Positions 36,008 through 50,317 are shown, counted from the first letter of the whole stretch. The stretch is 63,188 bases of DNA, filler included, from Rhabdomonas costata (GCA_019059605.1; 32 parts of 32 records of this genome joined end to end with filler, not necessarily neighbours in it), one strand, 5' to 3'. Numbers and translations: made by a program. The notes: generated from the letters alone by a model not told the origin.

Positions 36008-37033
36008 CTAGAGCAGCTTCAGATGCCCCGTGATCGGGTCCACAATGGAGGCTGGGGCGGGTCCCACGGCTAGTACGGTGGTGGAACCCGCGGGTATCTG
36101 TGTCCGGCCGGCGTCGCGCACGACATGCGAGGGCACTCCAGCGGCCTGTGCCGCTGCGGCCAACCCGAGAAGCTCATCTAGGGACTTGGCCCGAACCACG
36201 ATCTTGGCCTGCCCTTGAGCTTCCCACTTGGAGAGCCACCGCAGATGCTGCGGCACCTTCTCTGCCATGATGTCTTGGTACACTCCCTGTTTCAATGTTT
36301 TTGTGTTTTTGAAAGCGATTCCGAAGTGACGGCCACTCCGAACAAGCGACACAACCAAAGGAATTCCATGACACCGTTGGATCTAAGAGCAATACAGTTC
36401 GATTGGGTATCTACTTGGACGCCGTAGAGACCAAAGCTCGACTTTCACTGCGTCATTTTCATCACCACTATTTCTCTTCAAGCGTTTTACCTTGTTTTCA
36501 ATTTTTTGATGTAAAATCTGAGTTTGCATTGGCGAACGTGGAATTCTGTCTCACCATGATAAGGAAGACATCATATATCCTCACACCAGTGTCGCGTGGG
36601 AGCACTGCGCGGCGACCTTCCCCGTGCCCATCTTGAGGTCCTCCCGCACCACAAGCATGAGCTTGCACCTTCCGTTTCTCGGCATGTTGTTGTCATTCGC
36701 ATCTTGCGGACTTCTCGGCGTTGCTTGTTTCTCGGCGTTTTTTGGTGATGGACCTTGGCTAATTGGCTGACAGGAGAAAGTCTCTGGTGCTGTTTCTGAG
36801 AAGTAAGCCCTACGATATGTTTCCCGACTACAGCAGTGCCGGACGTTTTGTCCTGCGAGGTAAACTGCCAGAACAAAAGCCTTCCACCGCACAATCGCAG
36901 CTAGGTGGACAGGAACAAAGTCATCGCTGGACGAAGCGCGAGCTATACTTTGTAACACTGGTAAATTTCCACGGAGCACTTTCGCTCCTACATCATTTAT
37001 GCTCGACAAAAGGGGAACAGCCCGGATCGCCAT
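36008..37033 (-). CDS. PTH2: Peptidyl-tRNA hydrolase 2, exons 37033(?)-36587 and 36286-36008
   Basis: KLMLVVREDLKMGTGKVAAQCSHATL|GVY..WEAQGQAKIV..VRDAGRTQIPAGSTTVLAVGP..ITGHLKLL-TAG; start codon uncertain. Confidence 0.96.
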
Positions 37034-37589
37034 AGAGAAACAGTGGCAGAACTAAGATGCAACAGGCTGGTGCACTAAATCGAAGCCGCTCAAACCATAC
37101 GTGGAAACGATAACACTAACGTCACGTGTATCTCAATACATGCACACCTCTTCTCAGGGGTAAAGAACAAGCATTTCGATTCTCACCCGGAGTTGTTCCC
37201 TTTGGGAATATAATGGAACACCCACGAAAGGGCAACCTATCTGCTGTTCTACATGTGACATGGCCCACCACGCACTCGAGGAACAACCTCACGTCGGACC
37301 TCTAAGGTCGCTCAATACAACCTTACCCGATTTACTCGTCAGAACCGAAAACAGAAATTACAAATTGAGCAAACCCTCTGGAAGAAACATCCGGACTGCA
37401 ATATTCTCGACTAGAAATGACAGCTGAACAGCCTTCCCCCTGTCCATTCTAAGCCGCCGGCCACCCCGCCGCCCCTCTTCCCCCACAACNNNNNNNNNNN
37501 NNNNNNNNNNNNNNNNNNNNNNNNNNNNNNNNNTTAATTAATTAANNNNNNNNNNNNNNNNNNNNNNNNNNNNNNNNNNNNNNNNNNNN

Positions 37590-37711
37590 GTTTGTTTGTA
37601 TTTATTCGCAATTTTTTTCGTCGTATTTTTTTTTTCGTATTTTAGAACTTGAAAAATTTCGTATTATCCATGTCTTTCGCATTTTTCGCATATGAATTAT
37701 GGGCATCCTTG
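37590..37711. mobile_element. One end of a hAT/P-like MITE
   Basis: TTTCGYA-rich subterminal repeats ending GGGCATCCTTG (reverse complement CAAGGATGCCC). Confidence 0.35.
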
Positions 37712-38199
37712 GTCACTTCTTTTTCGCGCCTGAGCAGTGTCTCCGGTGGAGACTGAGCAAGCTGTTTCCCAAATCTCCCTGTGGTGCAAACGGCGGGTGT
37801 GGATCAAGGGATGTCCAGCACCTGCGTAGCGAAAGAATGTCGTGAGCCATCTCTGAGAGCGGGTGGCACAGTGGGCCGAGGCGCCAGGAGCAGCGCCGCG
37901 ACCTCCCGCTCAGTCTGACGTCGCACCCGCTCCATGTCAACTGAAGCAGGCGCCCAGTCAGACTCCGTCGCAGCTGCGCAGGAAGAAAGCCCGGGAAGAG
38001 GAGAAGACGATGCCTGTGTTGGGCACCAGCGCGCTGAGCTGGCTGATTGTTGTGGATCTTCAATTCGAGATGGCACTACTTTGTAACCACACTAACCATC
38101 CGACACTATGAGGTCAGGACAGCAAACCAAATCAACACACACAACCCTGCAGCGCCACATCACAGATATGAAAAACCTTCCATTACATGCACAAAATAG

Positions 38200-38910
38200 A
38201 GCACACCTTCCGGCCGTTCCAGCGCAATATCCGAACTTGGCGCACAACGAGACGCGCCCCTAACCCTAGCTGGAGGCACACCACCACCGATTAACCGCTG
38301 CTCAGAGAGCTGCTCACTCGCCTCCTCTTGCAACACGCCTTCGTCGTCATTACCTTCCGGTTCTGGTTCCGGTTCTGGCCGCCCCGGACCTGGTACTGCT
38401 CCAGCAGCATCAGCTTCTATGGCCTCCGCGTGCTGAATCCCTTCGCCCTCGTCTTCTTCATCTGCACGATGACCTCGACTTTCCCCGTCATCAGCGCCTT
38501 CCTTCGCTTCCTCCTCGTGCTCCTCTTCACATTCCTCCTCTTGCTCCTCCTCCTCCTCCTCCTCCTGCTCTTCTTTGCCAACCAGAGGCTGAGACTCGGG
38601 CTGCATCTGGGACTCACCGGCACTTAAGAGGGGTTCAGACGCCCGCACGCTCTTCTGCACAGGCTCAGTGCCCTCCGTCGAGCTCTCATTCTCAACCGCT
38701 CCGGAAGGCCCTTCAGAAGGTGGCGACGAGCCCCTTGCCTGAACCTCCATTCCAACGTGGGCCCCGTCCTTGCAGTCTCTGCGAACGGCCTCTTCCACTG
38801 CAGTGGGCAAAACCCTAGTCCCAATAACACACAGGTCCAGATCGCCCGGAGCACCATGCTCATCACCGCTGCCGCCGTCAAGTTCGGCTTCCGCAACACC
38901 ATCTCCTGGG
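38200..38910 (-). CDS. Acidic low-complexity exon(s) of a hypothetical protein
   Basis: 261-aa ORF with poly-Glu and PEPEPE; boundaries approximate. Confidence 0.55.
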
Positions 38911-39618
38911 AAAATCAATATCGTCGAGTCACAAAAGCTACCCACGGCTCAACAAGACCACGGTGTTCAATTCGAAACAAAACACTTTGAAGGGGAGTTA
39001 GGGGCATTTGAGATTTCCGTCTGTTTTCCTTTCTGAACAAGGTGATACAGATATGAAAAATCTTGGGTGTCTTTTATCAAATGGAAGAAACCCATCATTG
39101 AGGTGGTGACACCCCTCCGGACTTTTTGTTTTTTTTTCACCAAGTTTGAGCCAGTAGCCAGAAGAAAGAGAGAGAGAGACGCCGCTAACCTCCCGTACTT
39201 GCTATTTCAGTGTTTGGATTTCTCAATATTTGTAACAGGTGAAGCAAGGGCACAAAAACAAACAAGTGCCCCGGCTTTTTCAAGGAAATGTCTAACCAGT
39301 GAAGCAAACACAGCGAAGCCCCGAAATGACAACCGAGGATACCAGAAACGTTCGCCAGCCGTTTCAAGGAACTTGAACAGTCGCATCGGAAATGTTAGTT
39401 ATCTGGTGTAGACAACTTTTGGGACTGCAGGAAACTTCGCCAAAGGTGAAATGGTAAACGACACAACNNNNNNNNNNNNNNNNNNNNNNNNNNNNNNNNN
39501 NNNNNNNNNNNTTAATTAATTAANNNNNNNNNNNNNNNNNNNNNNNNNNNNNNNNNNNNNNNNNNNNGGTGTTTGTGCAACCCTCCCGTCATGGCAGAAA
39601 GTGTGTGTGGGGGCACAC

Positions 39619-41406
39619 CCAGCAAGGTCTTCCACAGAGACCACGGCTCCGTGTCGGGCTTACCGCACTTTGGGGTGTTCCAGAGGTTGATTGTCCAATC
39701 CGCAGAGGTCGTGGCGAGAATTCTGGGCCCAATTAGTTGAGTCACGTGAATAGGTAACAAGCTAGTCGCAGCATTCAACAAAGATGTTGATCTAACAACA
39801 ACATCTGCTCTTATACTCCAACACAGAGTGCCACCTTTCCAGGATGCGTGCGATGACGATGACAGGTGATTTCACAGCATCTCATTTTAACATAACGCGG
39901 ATCGGAAAACCGAGGAAAGATCATCCCCCAAAAGATGCGAATGCTCGTACTTCATGGTGATCCCGAGTAGGCAAAAGCACCCCGTCATGTTCGGCATTGG
40001 TTTCGGAAGGGGCACCCTACGTCAGTGGCAGACACAGAGGCGCAGTAACCTCAGTCTTCAAAATTTCACAACTGCTCTAGAACTATGGTGCGCATAGACC
40101 CAAGCGGAAATCACATTCTTTTTTCACCCCTAGGGGCATCACCGCGCCGGAACCTTTTTTGAGACCGAGGAAGCGTTAGGAAGCATCTGGGGATTCACAC
40201 TTCTGGTTTGGAGAGAACATGCACTTCAGGATATAACGGTTGTGGGCGCGGAAAGAGTGGGCGAGACGGAGGCGTTCGTGGTGGTATCCGTGCAAACTGC
40301 CGGAGTCCGTGCTGGGCACTCGGCTCAACGCGGGACCTGGGAAAAAAGAAAGCCACAGAATGCGGCGCAGCTTCGATCTGTGGAGCACCAAATCCAGATT
40401 CTCTGACCCTTGGGAACGACCATACGGATGTTCCAAATTTTTCAACCTGCAGCAGGTCGTCCAAGGGTGCTGGTACACAAAAAATGTAAATGTTACAGAG
40501 AAGGGAGTGAAAGGAGTGCCTGTAACCTTCGACAAAAGGGCCCACATACGCAAACTTACTCTGGGTGACGACTAAGCCGACGCTGCCCAGACACCCACCT
40601 CCAGCCAACCTCCTGCACTCGAACTGTAGCTCATCTCAGCCGAACAAAGAACAGCACTCAACCCATCCATACCACACTGCGATTCACCGCACACATTTTC
40701 TTCTTTGACTTTAGGGACAGGTTTGTTTGTTCTCGTTTGCGTACGTTTGCGCAATGAAAGACGCACACCGCGCATATCTGAATCAACGTGTCTCTCTCCG
40801 GGTGCAGGGCAGGGCAGGGCAGGGCATACTGGGGTCAGCGATATCCAAGCAGAACACATCGCCGTGGTTGTTAGCCACGCAGGCCATGTCCCCGCCACTG
40901 TTGATCGTGATGCTACGGATGCCCGTGTCGGGACGTGGCACCTAGTGGTGGGATGGGAGGGAGGGCCAACATGAAATTTGAAGAAACGTTCGTTACAACG
41001 AAATGCAAAAAAAAACGCTCTGAAGTGCTGTAATCAGCACTAGAGGAGAACAACGAATAACAGAGCACGTACGAAACGTACGGCAAGTCCCAAACAAACA
41101 ACAACGTGCATGTGTGCGCGCATGGTGGAGAATTCAGAGCCAACGATAACTGCATCATTTAAGTCATTTGTGCTGCTTTCGCACCCACAGCGCCGAGGTT
41201 ATAAGTGGCATTGTCCGACGCGTAATGACAGCGGTTTGTCCTTCTTGTGCTATAAGATGCGGAAATTCAGTAAAAGAACAAAGTCCGGAACCGAACCACA
41301 CGAAATCCCACACACGTCACACACAGACCATCGATTGGAGGCAGGCGTCGGCCTTCAAGTCCCACAGCCGAATCATTCCATTCTGGTCCCCTGAGATGAT
41401 TTCTCC
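39619..41406 (-). CDS. LST8: TOR complex subunit LST8 (WD40), exons 41406-41329, 40941-40830, 40336-40201, 39722-39619
   Basis: GEIISGDQNGMIRLWDL..|PDTGIRSITI..ANNHGDVF..|FRAHNRYILKCMFSPNQK|ILATTSADWTINLW; in frame, GT-AG. Confidence 0.9.
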
Positions 41407-41773
41407 CTGAAACAGAGTCCACCAGTCATAAATTAACAACCAAAANNNNNNNNNNNNNNNNNNNNNNNNNNNNNNNNNNNNNNNNNNNNTTAATTAATTA
41501 ANNNNNNNNNNNNNNNNNNNNNNNNNNNNNNNNNNNNNNNNNNNNGTTGTTGGTGAGTAAAAAAGGGTGAGTATCATCACGCGCCATTTCTTTGTTTGGT
41601 GCCCCTACCTTACAATAATTCCAAGTTATCTTGCCCTATTCCCCCGCAAGGCCTAACTTGCCAAGAAATACAACACGAAGTACCTCGCGCTTTGCTGCAG
41701 AGTCCAGGCCCCAACCATAAAAACCCTTCACCTCCGAAGTTCTGAATTCTGAATTTTTGCATTTTCTGAATAC

Positions 41774-42802
41774 CAAGAATGCAGCACTCTTTAGTGGTGC
41801 AGGCTGCGCGGCGGCAAGTGGTGGAGGAGGGACTGGAACGCAGCAAGTGGTTCTTCGGACAGGTCACCGTGGCGCAGGTCGGAGCTGCACAGCAAAACGA
41901 GAAAGCAGGGAAAGCAATGGCACATCATGAGCATGGCCACACACAGCAATGCTGATCTTCTGCAAGTGGCGAAGAAGGGCCGTGTGGTTAACAGGAGAGG
42001 AACAAACCGAGTGCATAAAAGAAAAGTACAAAAAGGGCCCGGGTGCGGCTCCTAACGAGGATGGGGAAGGAGGGGAGAAGGCATTCCCCTCTCCTTACAA
42101 ACACCGGGGATGCAGCGTGGCTATATCCGGCATATCCTAACGAGAAATGAGGAGAGGAGGCAATCGCCCTCTGCTCATAAACACCTGGAACGCAGCAATC
42201 CTTCGGCGTGCACACGCTTGTCTTGCAGTACACGTATGTTGGATCGGCAATAGTAACGGTGCGAGGCGGGCACCACGTGTCAGGCCTCGTGTCGCAGCTT
42301 AGCGCTGAGAAGAGCCCACAAACCTCAAAGCCCAAGCCTCCCTCCCACAGTACAGCTGTGAACAGTCTATCAAAACCGTGGATAGCTCTCCCACCCAACC
42401 CGAAGTCTGAGATTCCACATCTTTCCCTAAATTATCACACAGCCACAGCAAAATGTTTGATCTCGGGGTGCACATGAATTGGGTCGACAACATAAAGAGA
42501 CTCCTCGGTACACTTGTAACCTAAGTAACCTGTAACCAGACACTTGCCAAAAGGCATGCTTGAATGATCGCTTTCGCATTATGTAAGAAACCAAAGGGGA
42601 GTGAGGGGGAAGGAGAACGCGCTCTTCAGAGCTGGGTCACACTTTTGTGTGGTTGTCCTGCCTTTCCAACACTCACCCAGCGCACCTGGGACGCAGCACT
42701 CCTCCTGTGTGCACCGCCTGCCCATGCACTGCTTCAGGGCAGCGTTCACGCGCAGAATAGTGCTACTGCGACAAGACCTCATCGTGGTGCAGTTCGCGAG
42801 TT
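41774..42802 (-). CDS. Cys-rich repeat surface protein, exons 42802-42686, 42304-42185, 41884-41774
   Basis: Each exon (117, 120, 111 nt; phase 1-1) encodes one six-Cys C..C...CxxxxCTxxxCC module. Confidence 0.8.
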
Positions 42803-44353
42803 CTGTGAGCATTCCCGTTCCCTTCGCCGATCGCGAAAAATCTCTGTTGTGGCGAAGAGATTCATCATTGACCCGGTTAAGCACGTTCATAATGGCATGC
42901 GATAACAACCTGAATGACAACTGCATATGACGTTCCGTTGTCCAAGGTGAGGTACACTTGTAAACTTGTACAAGGTCCGCGGGCAGGAGGGGGGCGTCAG
43001 TGGCGTGGGTTTGCCCGTTTACGCGTTGTCCCTCTGTCCGATCGGGTTTTTGGTGTGGAGAAACGGCCGCCACGGAGCACCACCAAGGGCATTGCAAACC
43101 TCGGAAAAAGTGCAGGGCCCCAGAGTCACTAAAGAATGCATCAGAAGTGGACCCACACGGCCGCACTGTTTCACGAGCGGAGTACCTTCCTTTGGCTTGC
43201 GACGATGAGAAAAACCCGCGAAGAACGGCACGTTTTCCTTCAGGAACAGCAGCACCGCCATGAAAACCACGGTGAGAAAAACATTTCGTTTTAAGGCCGC
43301 TCTGTCAAAGTGGGCCTTCGCCATTTCTCGCGCTGAATCAGTTTGACAGGGTCGAAATAAATGGTTCAAGGGAAACAGCGACACAAAAAACACAGCACAC
43401 AAAGACACAAAGGGCGAAGGCCNNNNNNNNNNNNNNNNNNNNNNNNNNNNNNNNNNNNNNNNNNNNTTAATTAATTAANNNNNNNNNNNNNNNNNNNNNN
43501 NNNNNNNNNNNNNNNNNNNNNNGTGGGTGGGGACCAGGGAAATGTTTCTGTTCTAGTTTGAGAGCACAAAGTAAGAAGTGGTAAAAGCACTAGGAGCTCG
43601 GAAGCAAACCAGAATTTTCACAAAAGGTTGAAATTTATCGAAAAAAATCCGTCGAACTAGTTTTCTATTTCGAAATGATTGCGATCGACGCTTCTTGATT
43701 TTCCTTTTTGGTAACTCTCTGTTTTGGCGAACCGGGAGTAAATCCCCCTTTCGCCCTGCATGGGCCCCACGAGAGCCTGAGCCGGCAACGTGACCTGGGG
43801 GTTCTGAAGGAAAGCGGAAAACGTAGTGGGTCCGCGCTGGCGGACGAAGCTGGCTGGTGCAGCGCTCCGACAATTCGAGCGCTTAGGTCTGCTCTTGCAA
43901 TAGAGCTCGTAGCTAGCTCACAGAAGTGACGCTTGTTGAAAGACAGAATATGCAGCTCACGGACTGCGGTCTCACTGCTGAAAATTGCATAGGGTTTCCG
44001 GGCGGATATGGCGGTAAGCCAGAACCGCAGTCGCTGCCCCCACCGTTTCTGTTGCGGATACCACGCAGTGGCACGATCTGTTCTCCACAGCCACACCTCT
44101 TACCAAAGTTGCGGGCCGCGCGATTCAGGCTAGAAGGTCGCATGCCCGCTGCAAGCCGAAGCTCCGTGGTAACCTCAAGGTAAAGTATTTGGTGCTGCCC
44201 TCAGGTGTAAGGCCTTTCCAGGAAAGTGCAGTGGCATATCCTTTTCAATCACCGCTTGTATTCAAAAAGGTTCGCCACCCATCTATCACTTGGATCCCTT
44301 CCTACTCTACTACTCTAGAATTTGCTGCCTCCCGGCAATGGGCAGGTATACAC

Positions 44354-44709
44354 CCAGGGGAGTACGTACCCGGGCCGATATCCGAGCCCGCAATGTACTG
44401 CGCCAGCCTTCGCGTCACCACCGTCATGGTGTTCAGGTAGTCAGTCACCTCATTCTCCATCATCGTGCACGCCAACGTCCGGTAGCTCTGGCTCACTCGG
44501 GCAAGCGCAGCCTGGGCATGGGTGCTAGTGAGGACAAACGTCATCGTCCCGACGGCCACCAGAGACACTACCGCCAGGGCGACGTGGAAAACACGAATGG
44601 GAACCCGCGGGCAGCGCGGGAAGCGATCCCTGGGAGGCCCCCCGGGATGCAAGGAGGCACGAGCGGAGAGAGGCTTAGCGAGGGAAGGGGACAGGGTCGC
44701 CGGGTCCAT
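44354..44709 (-). CDS. First exon of a membrane sensor/receptor (N-terminal TM plus long helix)
   Basis: ATG directly after a pyrimidine tract and AG; RVPIRVFHVALAVVSLVAVGTMTFVL then ARVSQSYRTLACTMMENEVTDYL, like the helix that precedes Cache domains. Confidence 0.55.
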
Positions 44710-47700
44710 CTTTAGAGGTGATGCGGCTCGAGCAGCGTGGGGCGGAAAACAGAAGAAAAGCAAGGTGCAGGAAAAAAATCACCAGCCCCCGTGGTGGTAA
44801 AGGGGCTGAGCGGGAACTCTGGTTCACAGGAAAGCATGAAAAGGATGCAAAGATGGTTCAGGAAAGGGTCTCGCCAGAAAATGCGGTTTGGATTCGGACT
44901 GCAGAGATCTAACCCAAGCGTGACACCTTCCGCTACACGAAATATGGTGAACGCAGAAAACAAAGCTGGGCTTCAGAAAGTAAGGTCGGCCATTTTCGGA
45001 CTGCAGCAGGATGAGAATGAGACGAGCAGTTCGTGAAGGGCGCGGTAGCCCGACTAGAAGGCATCCTAAGAAATACTTTTTTTTTCAAACAAGCACACCA
45101 AACGAGAGCCTCATAAGTTCGCCAAATAAAAGTGTCCACCGCGATAAGTATAGCAGTAACCAGGACGTACCAAACTCACTCCGCCTGGGAGAGCTCAGCA
45201 CAATCAACACCACGGTATAACTACAGGCAGAAAGAATTGCCAGTTTTCAAATGTCCTCCACACATTTTGTCTGCGTGTATGTGAGAGAGCTAGGGAGAGC
45301 AGAAGAGCGCAAGGGAACGAAGGCCGTCCGCACATCTCTTGTGCAAAAAGATTGCGTGTGTGCGTGTGCGTTTTTGAAGGTGGGTGTGTATGNNNNNNNN
45401 NNNNNNNNNNNNNNNNNNNNNNNNNNNNNNNNNNNNTTAATTAATTAANNNNNNNNNNNNNNNNNNNNNNNNNNNNNNNNNNNNNNNNNNNNGGTGTTGT
45501 GTTTCTGTGTGCATGGGGGTGGGGGCACTGTATACATCGCTAACTGAAGCTGACGCCTCGAGTGGAAGGGAAGAGAAGCAAAAGCTCACTCAAAGTGTTA
45601 TTGTGTTTGATAATGGCAATTCTGGCACTCCTCAAAACAACACGTTCACAATTCCGGGACTTCGAAACAAGCCATTTGAGTAACACCTGCCGCATAGGCG
45701 ATTTGAAACAGAAGAACGGGAACCTGTCTTCTGAAGGGTCGACGACAACATGGGGTTGTGACAGTCTCTTATGAATCTCCTCAAGACGAAGACGAACTGA
45801 AGCAAAGGAGCAAATTGAAAAGGCAAAGCCACAATAAAAGATCGGCGAGTACAAGAAACGTCAAGAGCATACGTAGCACAATCTTGAGTACAGCTGGGTG
45901 GACGCTCCATGGTACAAAAGTGAGGAAACCCCTGGGAGGCGGTTCCTTAATCCCGGTGTGCCACCGGCTGCATTGACCACTGCCTGAAAACAACAAACAA
46001 ACGAACGATTACTTGCCTTGATTTGCTTGCCTGCTTGCGTCCTTGCTTTGCGTTTCGCTTTGTTTCGCTTCGTTTTGTTTTTATATTGCCGACGTGCACA
46101 TATTGCCTTGCCTCGGTTAAGCAACCTATGCCCCTCAAACTCCTGCTGCGTACGAATCACAACTGTTAAAAAATTTCTTTTTAGCAAATAACGCACCGCA
46201 CTGCGTCACCACAGTTCTGTGAACAATGCACCAGCTGTAAACATCAAAAAAAAAATAAACAACAGGCCGGTTTTTTGGGTAAAGAGCAGATAACGCAACG
46301 AGCGGAAGGGTATGCCACAATCAAAACAAAAAGGAAAGGTCTCCGTTCATACAGACCCGCGTCGCAAAACCCTTTTGTCCATCCTTGCACAGCCCTCCAT
46401 TCACTTCTTTGTGTGGTGCAACACACTCCGCCCTCTCCCACCAGCAGGATCGAATCTTCGGATCCGGCCCAAAAGACCCCAGTCGTACCGGCCTCCGCAG
46501 CTCCTCAATGAGCTCTTTCAGAGCATCGACCTACGCAACCAGGGTGCCGCTGCTCACTATCCTGGGCAGCCGACGTCTGCCCTGAGCCAGCTGGAGCACG
46601 ACCCGCCTTCCAGACTTCCTCAAGTCCCTTTTTTGAGTAAAACCTGACCCTCACGGAAGAGCGGGTGGCACTATTTATCCAAGCCGTGAATGCCTTGTTT
46701 CTAACTTGGCTCCTCTCCCAGTCTCCGTCTCCCAACGCAATTACGCCTTGGGTTTCGTGAGAAATTACTGAATTTCAATGTAAAGTATCAAAAAGAATTG
46801 CAGCGTTTCTTTCCCCAAAACGGCCCTGTCCCGCCGCCGCACCGACGGCGCCTTTGTGCTGACCGACCCTGGGAACATGCTGAGGAAGCACAACATGGAG
46901 GAGGCCGGGGAGAAGCTCCTGCGCAGGGAGAAGGGTACGTTCTCCCCCCCCCCCCCGCTCCTCCCGGCTGAACACTGTGAATGACCCGGATGAAACTGTG
47001 GTTGAAACCCGTTGTTACCCCACCCAAAAACAGGATGGGCGGGAACTGTGTACTTCTTCCCAGCTTTCCGGTGTGGGCAGAGAGGAAGAGCCTCATGGCG
47101 GCGTGCTAGTTCCCACTTTTGCTTAAATTTCGCGCCCCAGTGTTGGGCGTCTGGAAGGGAGCGAGCAGACAGGATCGTAGGCGTGTTTTCCTTTAAGCCT
47201 GGAACCCGGCTGGTGCGAGCACCCAGTCCTCGCGCCTCTTGATACCTTTTCTTGTCCGCTTTTCTTTCCCTCTGCGCCAATCTGGCAGCCCAGCCGTGCC
47301 CGACTTGTGCAGGTCCTGCAGCCCAGCCGTGCCCGAAGCGTTCCCGACAACGAATCACGCCCCCCCCCCNNNNNNNNNNNNNNNNNNNNNNNNNNNNNNN
47401 NNNNNNNNNNNNNTTAATTAATTAANNNNNNNNNNNNNNNNNNNNNNNNNNNNNNNNNNNNNNNNNNNNGGCGTCAAAGGAGGGGGGGTGAGGCCTGGTG
47501 TCCTCTGGGGAGAGGGCACAGTCCGGGCTGCCCTTCCCCTCTGTCAGGGGAGGAGGCCGGCGCGCCGCCCGGTTAGCACCTCGGGGAGGCGCCGGGAAGT
47601 GAGGCGCGGCGGGCCTGCCAGGGGAGCGAGGAGGCCGTGGAAAGGAGCCAGTCTCCCCCTGGAAGAAGCGTTGCCAAGGAAAGGCGGGAAAACCAACACC

Positions 47701-50317
47701 AGCAACAACCTCATGACTACGTCACCTGCAGTGAGCCCGAGGAACCATGAGACCTGGTTACAGGTCACCGTATTCTCCGAAGTCGAAATCAGGCCGGGGA
47801 GCCTTAATGGCAACACACCTCAGGCCGGCTGATCTTCCAAGGCTGACCCTCGCCTGGAGAACTCTCCACCGAGACCAAGCCCCCAGACAACTTCTCAACT
47901 TTCATTCTGCTTTTTGCTTTTGTTTTTCACTTGGTGTTGTTTCCCAAAGAACCTGTCACCTTACGTTATTTCCCCACAAACAGCAGAGCTCTACTCCATC
48001 CCCTCTGTTTGCTGGTCCTGGGCACTGACTGACCCATTAATGATTAGCACCGCCCATCAGGATTACTTATGGCAAAGAAGTTAAGTTCGGTCGGAATCTG
48101 AGACTCGGTTTCGTATCGCCCAATCCGTTGTACGAAAGGTGAGGGGAGGAAAGGAGATGGGGTTATAGACCAAGGAAGCCAACGGCGGGTGCGGGAGAAG
48201 CAGGCTCTGCGCGGAGGAGTTCAGGATCAGCGACATGCTGCCCATCGGGCTGGAGGCCGAGGAGCTGCATACCGGGCTACCCGTCTCGCTGCCCCCCGGG
48301 AGCTTGCTAGGGCCCCCGCTGGACTGCTGCAGCGGCGGTTGCTGGAAGGCCACACAGGCGGAGCGGAGGTGGCGGCAGCAGTGCCCCAAAATGGACTTCG
48401 CCTGAGAGGGCAGTGTGCAGGAAACACGAGGCGAAGAGCGGAGACTCTCGCACCTCTTCCATTGTTTGCTGCCATTCATCCAACCAGCGCCAAAATTTTT
48501 TATGTTTCGCCTCTTCGCGTGCGGCCATATTTTTTCCCTTTTGCTTTCGCGGAAAAAAACAGTATCATTCTTTTGGTCTTGAAAAGTCACCGAAGAATGG
48601 CCACCCCACAAAAGACAACGATAAATCGCGTCAGCCAGGCACAGGATTCCATAAAAAAATGCCTCAGCAAGGGATTCCGGAGAGGGCCACAGCAGCAGCA
48701 GCATACTGCGGGCTCTCAGCAGCAGCATTCAGGGAGCATTGTGACGGTTGTGGAGGCCTTTCTGCCTCAACAGGATTTTCAAAAATTTCTCCGCTCCTGT
48801 TGGGGTGCGGATCATACCTCTGCTGTTGGGCAGTGTGTCTTGAGAAACTAATGAACATTCAACCGCGGTTTTAAGGCACAACATATACAGGCAAACACCC
48901 AAAAGGAGGCGGGGTTCTTCCCCTTCCCCTCGTCGTCAACCGCCCCCTCAGCGTGCTGCAGCAGGATTTCCTCTGCAGAGCGCTTGGGCGACCCCTCCTG
49001 TGGCCTGCAGAAGCAAACAGGAGCAATGAGAGATGCCGATTGCTGCCGTCGGTGATGTCCGTGTATCTGTGGTTGGGTATATGTGTGAGTCGGCATCAGC
49101 AATGGGCTGAATTGCTGTTGGCTGAGCCCCAGTCCTAAACCGGCGAGCGCAGAAGAGTGATGGTCGATGATGATGGTCTTTCGGTAGGCATAGAACCCTT
49201 GCCGGAGTACATTTGGTTTTGGAAGGGCACACCAAACCCCGGTTTAATCACCTCTGGATGACAAGGGGTACTGCTCGAGTCTGGTTCTTCGCACGCTCAG
49301 AAACTTCAGGTTTCCGATTGACAGCTGGCAGAGAGAACCAAAACANNNNNNNNNNNNNNNNNNNNNNNNNNNNNNNNNNNNNNNNNNNNTTAATTAATTA
49401 ANNNNNNNNNNNNNNNNNNNNNNNNNNNNNNNNNNNNNNNNNNNNGGTGGGGTTTGCTCTGTTTCCGTCTAGGGCTCCACAAATGCGTTGTAATTTGCAT
49501 CGATCAAACTGCCAAATGTGCATCAACTTCATACGACTTCTGGGTGTTGCTGCACTTTGAAGCCCTCCTGGACTCTACCGGTACGTGGGTCAGGTTCATC
49601 GTAACGCGCAAGTCATGATATTGTCCAAGGTCGTTTGTCAGGGTTACCAGGTGATGTGTACCGCCGAATCAGCTCATTGTTCTGGGCTCAAGAGGTATTT
49701 TGCACATTCCCAAGAGAAGGGTCCTTGGTCTGGCGAACATTTGGAGGGCGAAGTACAATGGCCTAAAAATGTTTTCAGGTTTCAAGTTGGGGAAACCTCA
49801 AACAATCGCAATCGTTGCGTGTGCATTCAACGGGAGGCTCAAAAACCTTTTCTGGTGTTGGTGTTTTTTCGGCTATTGGAAATAAAGAGCAGTGAAAGAG
49901 CAGTTCTGATCCGGAGCGGGAGCCCACTGTCCCACATCCCCCACTGCAACACACCAACCGACGTAGCCTCCCAGGACATCTTGTAGGTGAGCCACGCATC
50001 GAACATGCTTATTTTTGCACTTAGGAATCAACAAACCGAGCTGTGTTCTGCATCAAATCTGTGTGGGAGGGTCTCTTGAGGTCGCAGTGCAGAGGGAGAA
50101 GCAAATAGCAAATGATTGTAGCAAAAGCAGTGACAAAATTTTTTGCGTGACCCGGCTTTCTCTTCCCGCCAGTACCCTTTTCTACTTTCTATTGTCATTT
50201 CTATTATCTCCTCTTTCTTGTCTACGTTTCATCCCATTGGTCTTTTGCACACCCCACTTTCGATTCCCTGGGCAAGCGAGCCTTTCTTTCCCGGCTGCGC
50301 CCTAGGAATAGCAACCG

